Assembly: GCA_905178155.1 (NCBI GenBank)
Contig: CAJINV010000014.1
Span: 2,327,923 to 2,391,922 of the forward strand
Source of the DNA: Amoebophrya sp. A120
Lineage: Eukaryota; Protista; Dinoflagellata
Reading direction: 5' to 3'
Length of the DNA stretch: 64,000 bases
In this document: positions 61,801 through 64,000 of the stretch, piece by piece
Position numbering within the stretch: the stretch's first letter is position 1
Layout: each line of letters begins with the position of its first letter
Notes under the pieces: generated by a model
Told to the model about the DNA's origin: nothing
The model's database searches: none
What the model saw: only the letters and a program-made list of their open reading frames with translations
Made by a program: the position numbers and the translations under genes

Positions 61801-64000
61801 CCCAGACATTTTTACATTTGATATGCTAGATCCGACCACGAAGTTCTTGATCTCCACCTCGTACGGTGCGACGGAATACGTATCGGCCAGGGCGATATGG
61901 AATGCAAAGAGGTCTGGGTCTGGAAGAGTCATGCTGTTTTTGCATGACACAGAAGGTCTGGCATGGATGCTCTAGCATCACAGGTTTCGAGAAGCTTCCG
62001 CATCCGCAATGCCGAATCCGCATGACAAATCACCCACTTTGGTGACAGAAAGTGGGCAGCTTTTGCTACCTATGCATGAGAGATTTTTCTGCGTTCTGAA
62101 ATGCGCATCGCAAGTTTGTATTCTTCCAGACCCAGACATATTTGCAATCCATAGGCGAACCGAAAGGAGTCCACCACTTCTGGATCATCCAACAACTGCG
62201 CTCCGGTGGTTCCGGCCGGCAAGTCCATCGCCAGCGTCACATTCGCCTTCACCACTGGCGTGGTCTGCACCGTTTGCCCGCCGAAACTCACCTTCCCGCC
62301 GGTACAGTGTATGGGACTCTCAAACGTTACACTCTCAACTGTTACATGAAATTTGTATTGTAATGCAAGAATGGCAAAAGTGAAAGGGAAAACATTGCGC
62401 CTTTTGCATTACAGGTGTGGAGCAGATTATAATGCTATCTAGCGCATCGAGAAGTTGTCATGCGGAGAAGGCTTGATCGTGTTAAGAGTGGTAGTGTTTT
62501 TGCATGACAAATCATGTAACAGTTGAGAATGTAACATTTGAGAACGCCATACAGTGGGGCGGCGGGTTTTCGGAGTAGCACATGGGGTCCACGGACTCCG
62601 CGTTTATGCATTGCAAAAGCATCGCTCTCGTACTAATTGCAGATATGCATGACAAATCGCCTTTCTTAGCATTAGCTACAACAGCATTACAAATTCCATT
62701 TGTAATGCTAAGCTAATCATTATTTGCAATGCAATTTATACTAGTACGATGCTTTTGCACAGGATAGCGTTTTCCAACAGCAAATGCATCATGTCGTGGG
62801 ACTGTTCCATGATCGCGGTGTCCACGTACAGTTTCGCTTTTTCCAACGCTTTGGATTGGTACGCCGCGGCGGTGGACTCGGACACGCCCAGGGTTTCCAC
62901 CTGCGTCTGTCGTATTTAAAAACATCCCCACCCCATGATTGTAATGCAAATCTGCATGCTGAGAGTGTTTTTCATGCGGAGCCCAATCAGAAGCGTTTTC
63001 TATTCGCGTTTTGAAATTTGTCACGCTCCAATCAGCATGGTATGCTGGATCTTTGATGCTGCTGAACTACCTCAAACACCACCACACTACGAGTCCAAAT
63101 TTGTCATGCAAAACATCCAAAACTTGTGGATTTGTCTAGCCGATTCCCCATCTTGACTATGGGGTGGGGACGTTTTTACATAGGATAGCGTCCCGACCTC
63201 CCGGTTCTTTTGCAGAGGCGAGTCGATCTCGATCACCTCCCACAGGTACTTCAAGTGCTCCGGCGCTTTCAGCATGGTCCCGTTGAAGGAGCCATCCGCG
63301 GACTGGTACGCGTTTTGGGGGATGGAGGTTGGAATGCCGGTCAGATACTGGCAATACGCGTACTTTGCCGGCTGCGACTTCACCTGCCCACACGTCGGCG
63401 GGAGCTCGCCCTCGGCGAGTTCCGGCACCTTCACCACCCGGTCGTTGCCGAACGGGCAGTTGATGTTCACCTGCACGGTCACTTCCGGGTTGTCCAGCAC
63501 CGTTTCCACGTACTGTTGCGGAATCCCCCGGTCCCCCATGCAATCCCAATCCACCCGGCCGCAGTTACAGTCACACACCCCGTCCGACCACTGCTCCGGC
63601 GAGCACGTCCAGCTGGTCACCTGGTCGTCGCCGAGCTCCCCCGTGTTCGGATCAATAATCGGGAACAGCCACTGGTAGGCGCGCTTGATGGTCCGCACCT
63701 CCATCGGCGTCGTCTTCGTCTGGTCGGAACTGGAGGCCCGGATCAGAATCCGCATGTTGCTGTTTTTCGGCACTTTTTCCGTGTCGGAGAAGCCCCCGGC
63801 GTTGACCACCAGTAGCCCATCGTGTAACCCGTCGCAGAAAATACTGGAGCGACCGGTGGTGGTGTAATCGGTCCCGTCGATCGAAACCCCCGGCTTGCCG
63901 GTGGAGCTGTAGTCGCACCAGGGCCGCTCCTTCATGATCTCCGCCTTCGCGGGGTCGGTGCCAAACTGCACACGGAGCGGGGTTTCGTCGAAGTTTTCCT
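55860..64000 (-). CDS. 3' part of a giant membrane/surface protein (Cys-rich module, RRL motifs, YDPYGG repeats, C-terminal TM helix); 5'-partial
   Basis: Thirteen exon pieces join in one frame across 10 TIR elements and 2 GT-AG introns (59187-59346, 56999-57190). CSPEQWSDGVCDCNCGRVDWDC; TM LAGLLALIGALAGYTAIFAAILGLW; acidic tail. Confidence 0.85.
56517..56801. mobile_element. TIR intron/introner, family E (285 bp)
   Basis: Ends tatcctgagtaaaaacgtacccacac ... gtgtggggacgtttttacaaatgata; direct repeat gacat. Frame restored (IPNMS|LAG). Confidence 0.9.
57493..57756. mobile_element. TIR intron/introner, family B' (264 bp)
   Basis: Ends tatggattgcaaaagtgtctgggtctggaaga ... tcttccagacccagacatttttgcaattcata; repeat gacga/tacga. 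Frame restored (EPLV|RGK). Confidence 0.9.
57808..58043. mobile_element. TIR intron/introner, family C, reverse orientation (236 bp)
   Basis: Ends tatggcgttctcaaatgttacactctcaactgttacatga ... tcatgtaacagttgagaatgtaacgtttgagaaccccata; direct repeat tcggt. Confidence 0.92.
58607..58841. mobile_element. TIR intron/introner, family C (235 bp)
   Basis: Ends tatggggttctcaagcgttacattctcaac ... gttgagaatgtaacgtttgagaacgccata; direct repeat tcgac. Frame restored (LEV|EVGL). Confidence 0.92.
58882..59087. mobile_element. TIR intron/introner, family F (206 bp)
   Basis: Ends tatcaaagaaaaaaagttcgtcacgatcact ... agtgactgtgacaaacttttttctctccata; direct repeat cgtca. Frame restored (ETVT|ETF). Confidence 0.88.
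61000..61110 (-). repeat. Coding tandem repeat (HDPYDPYGGQ)n, 30-bp unit
   Basis: Seen in ORF 59317-61548 as DPYGGYHDPYDPYGGQHDPYDPYGGQHDPYYDPY. Confidence 0.85.
61562..61823. mobile_element. TIR intron/introner, family B (262 bp)
   Basis: Ends tatcaaatgtaaaagtgtctgggtctggaagaatgc ... gcattcttccagacccagacatttttacatttgata; direct repeat tgcta. Frame restored (GSS|RREL). Confidence 0.92.
61896..62153. mobile_element. TIR intron/introner, family B' (258 bp)
   Basis: Ends tatggaatgcaaagaggtctgggtctggaaga ... tcttccagacccagacatatttgcaatccata; direct repeat ggcga. Frame restored (RFA|LAD). Confidence 0.9.
62310..62551. mobile_element. TIR intron/introner, family C, reverse orientation (242 bp)
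   Basis: Ends tatgggactctcaaacgttacactctcaactg ... cagttgagaatgtaacatttgagaacgccata; direct repeat cagtg. Frame restored (PPHC|TGG). Confidence 0.92.
62605..62766. mobile_element. TIR intron/introner, family A with inverted body (162 bp)
   Basis: Ends tatgcattgcaaaagcatcg ... cgatgcttttgcacaggata; direct repeat gcgtt. Frame restored (LENA|ESV). Confidence 0.9.
62908..63187. mobile_element. TIR intron/introner, family E (280 bp; left end TGT instead of TAT)
   Basis: Ends tgtcgtatttaaaaacatccccaccccat ... atggggtggggacgtttttacataggata; direct repeat gcgtc. Frame restored (VGT|QVE). Confidence 0.9.

Noticed and set aside
4113-63187. Recurring TIR sequences separated by short unique spacers as a CRISPR-like array
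   Set aside because: The repeats are inverted pairs bounding dispersed elements, the spacers are in-frame exons, no cas genes are present and the context is eukaryotic.

Overview
Eukaryotic, gene-dense DNA with every credible gene on the minus strand. The unidirectional cluster and non-canonical introns point to a syndinian dinoflagellate such as Amoebophrya (inference). Genes: a Mps1/TTK-like kinase (partial), a multi-exon hypothetical protein, a small Cys-rich membrane protein, a membrane-anchored CmcJ/NvfI-like oxygenase, a low-complexity protein with a possible TerD domain, a WWE protein with 11-mer repeats, U2SURP/SR140, ribophorin II, a Wee1 kinase, and the 3' part of a giant membrane/surface protein. 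The main feature is a set of 18 short (109-285 bp) terminal-inverted-repeat elements in about 6 families. All lie inside coding exons, nearly all have TAT...ATA ends, and each is flanked by a 5-bp direct repeat. Removing an element plus one repeat copy restores the frame in all 18 cases, although no GT-AG, GC-AG or AT-AC boundary is possible. Families with unrelated bodies share an internal TGT[CAG]ATGC motif, and most share a terminal TATnnnnTGnAAA consensus. The window also holds a 5'-truncated RNase H non-LTR retrotransposon with a 19-bp TSD and two GC-rich degenerate palindromic islands. All coordinates and translations were read by eye; no searches were run.
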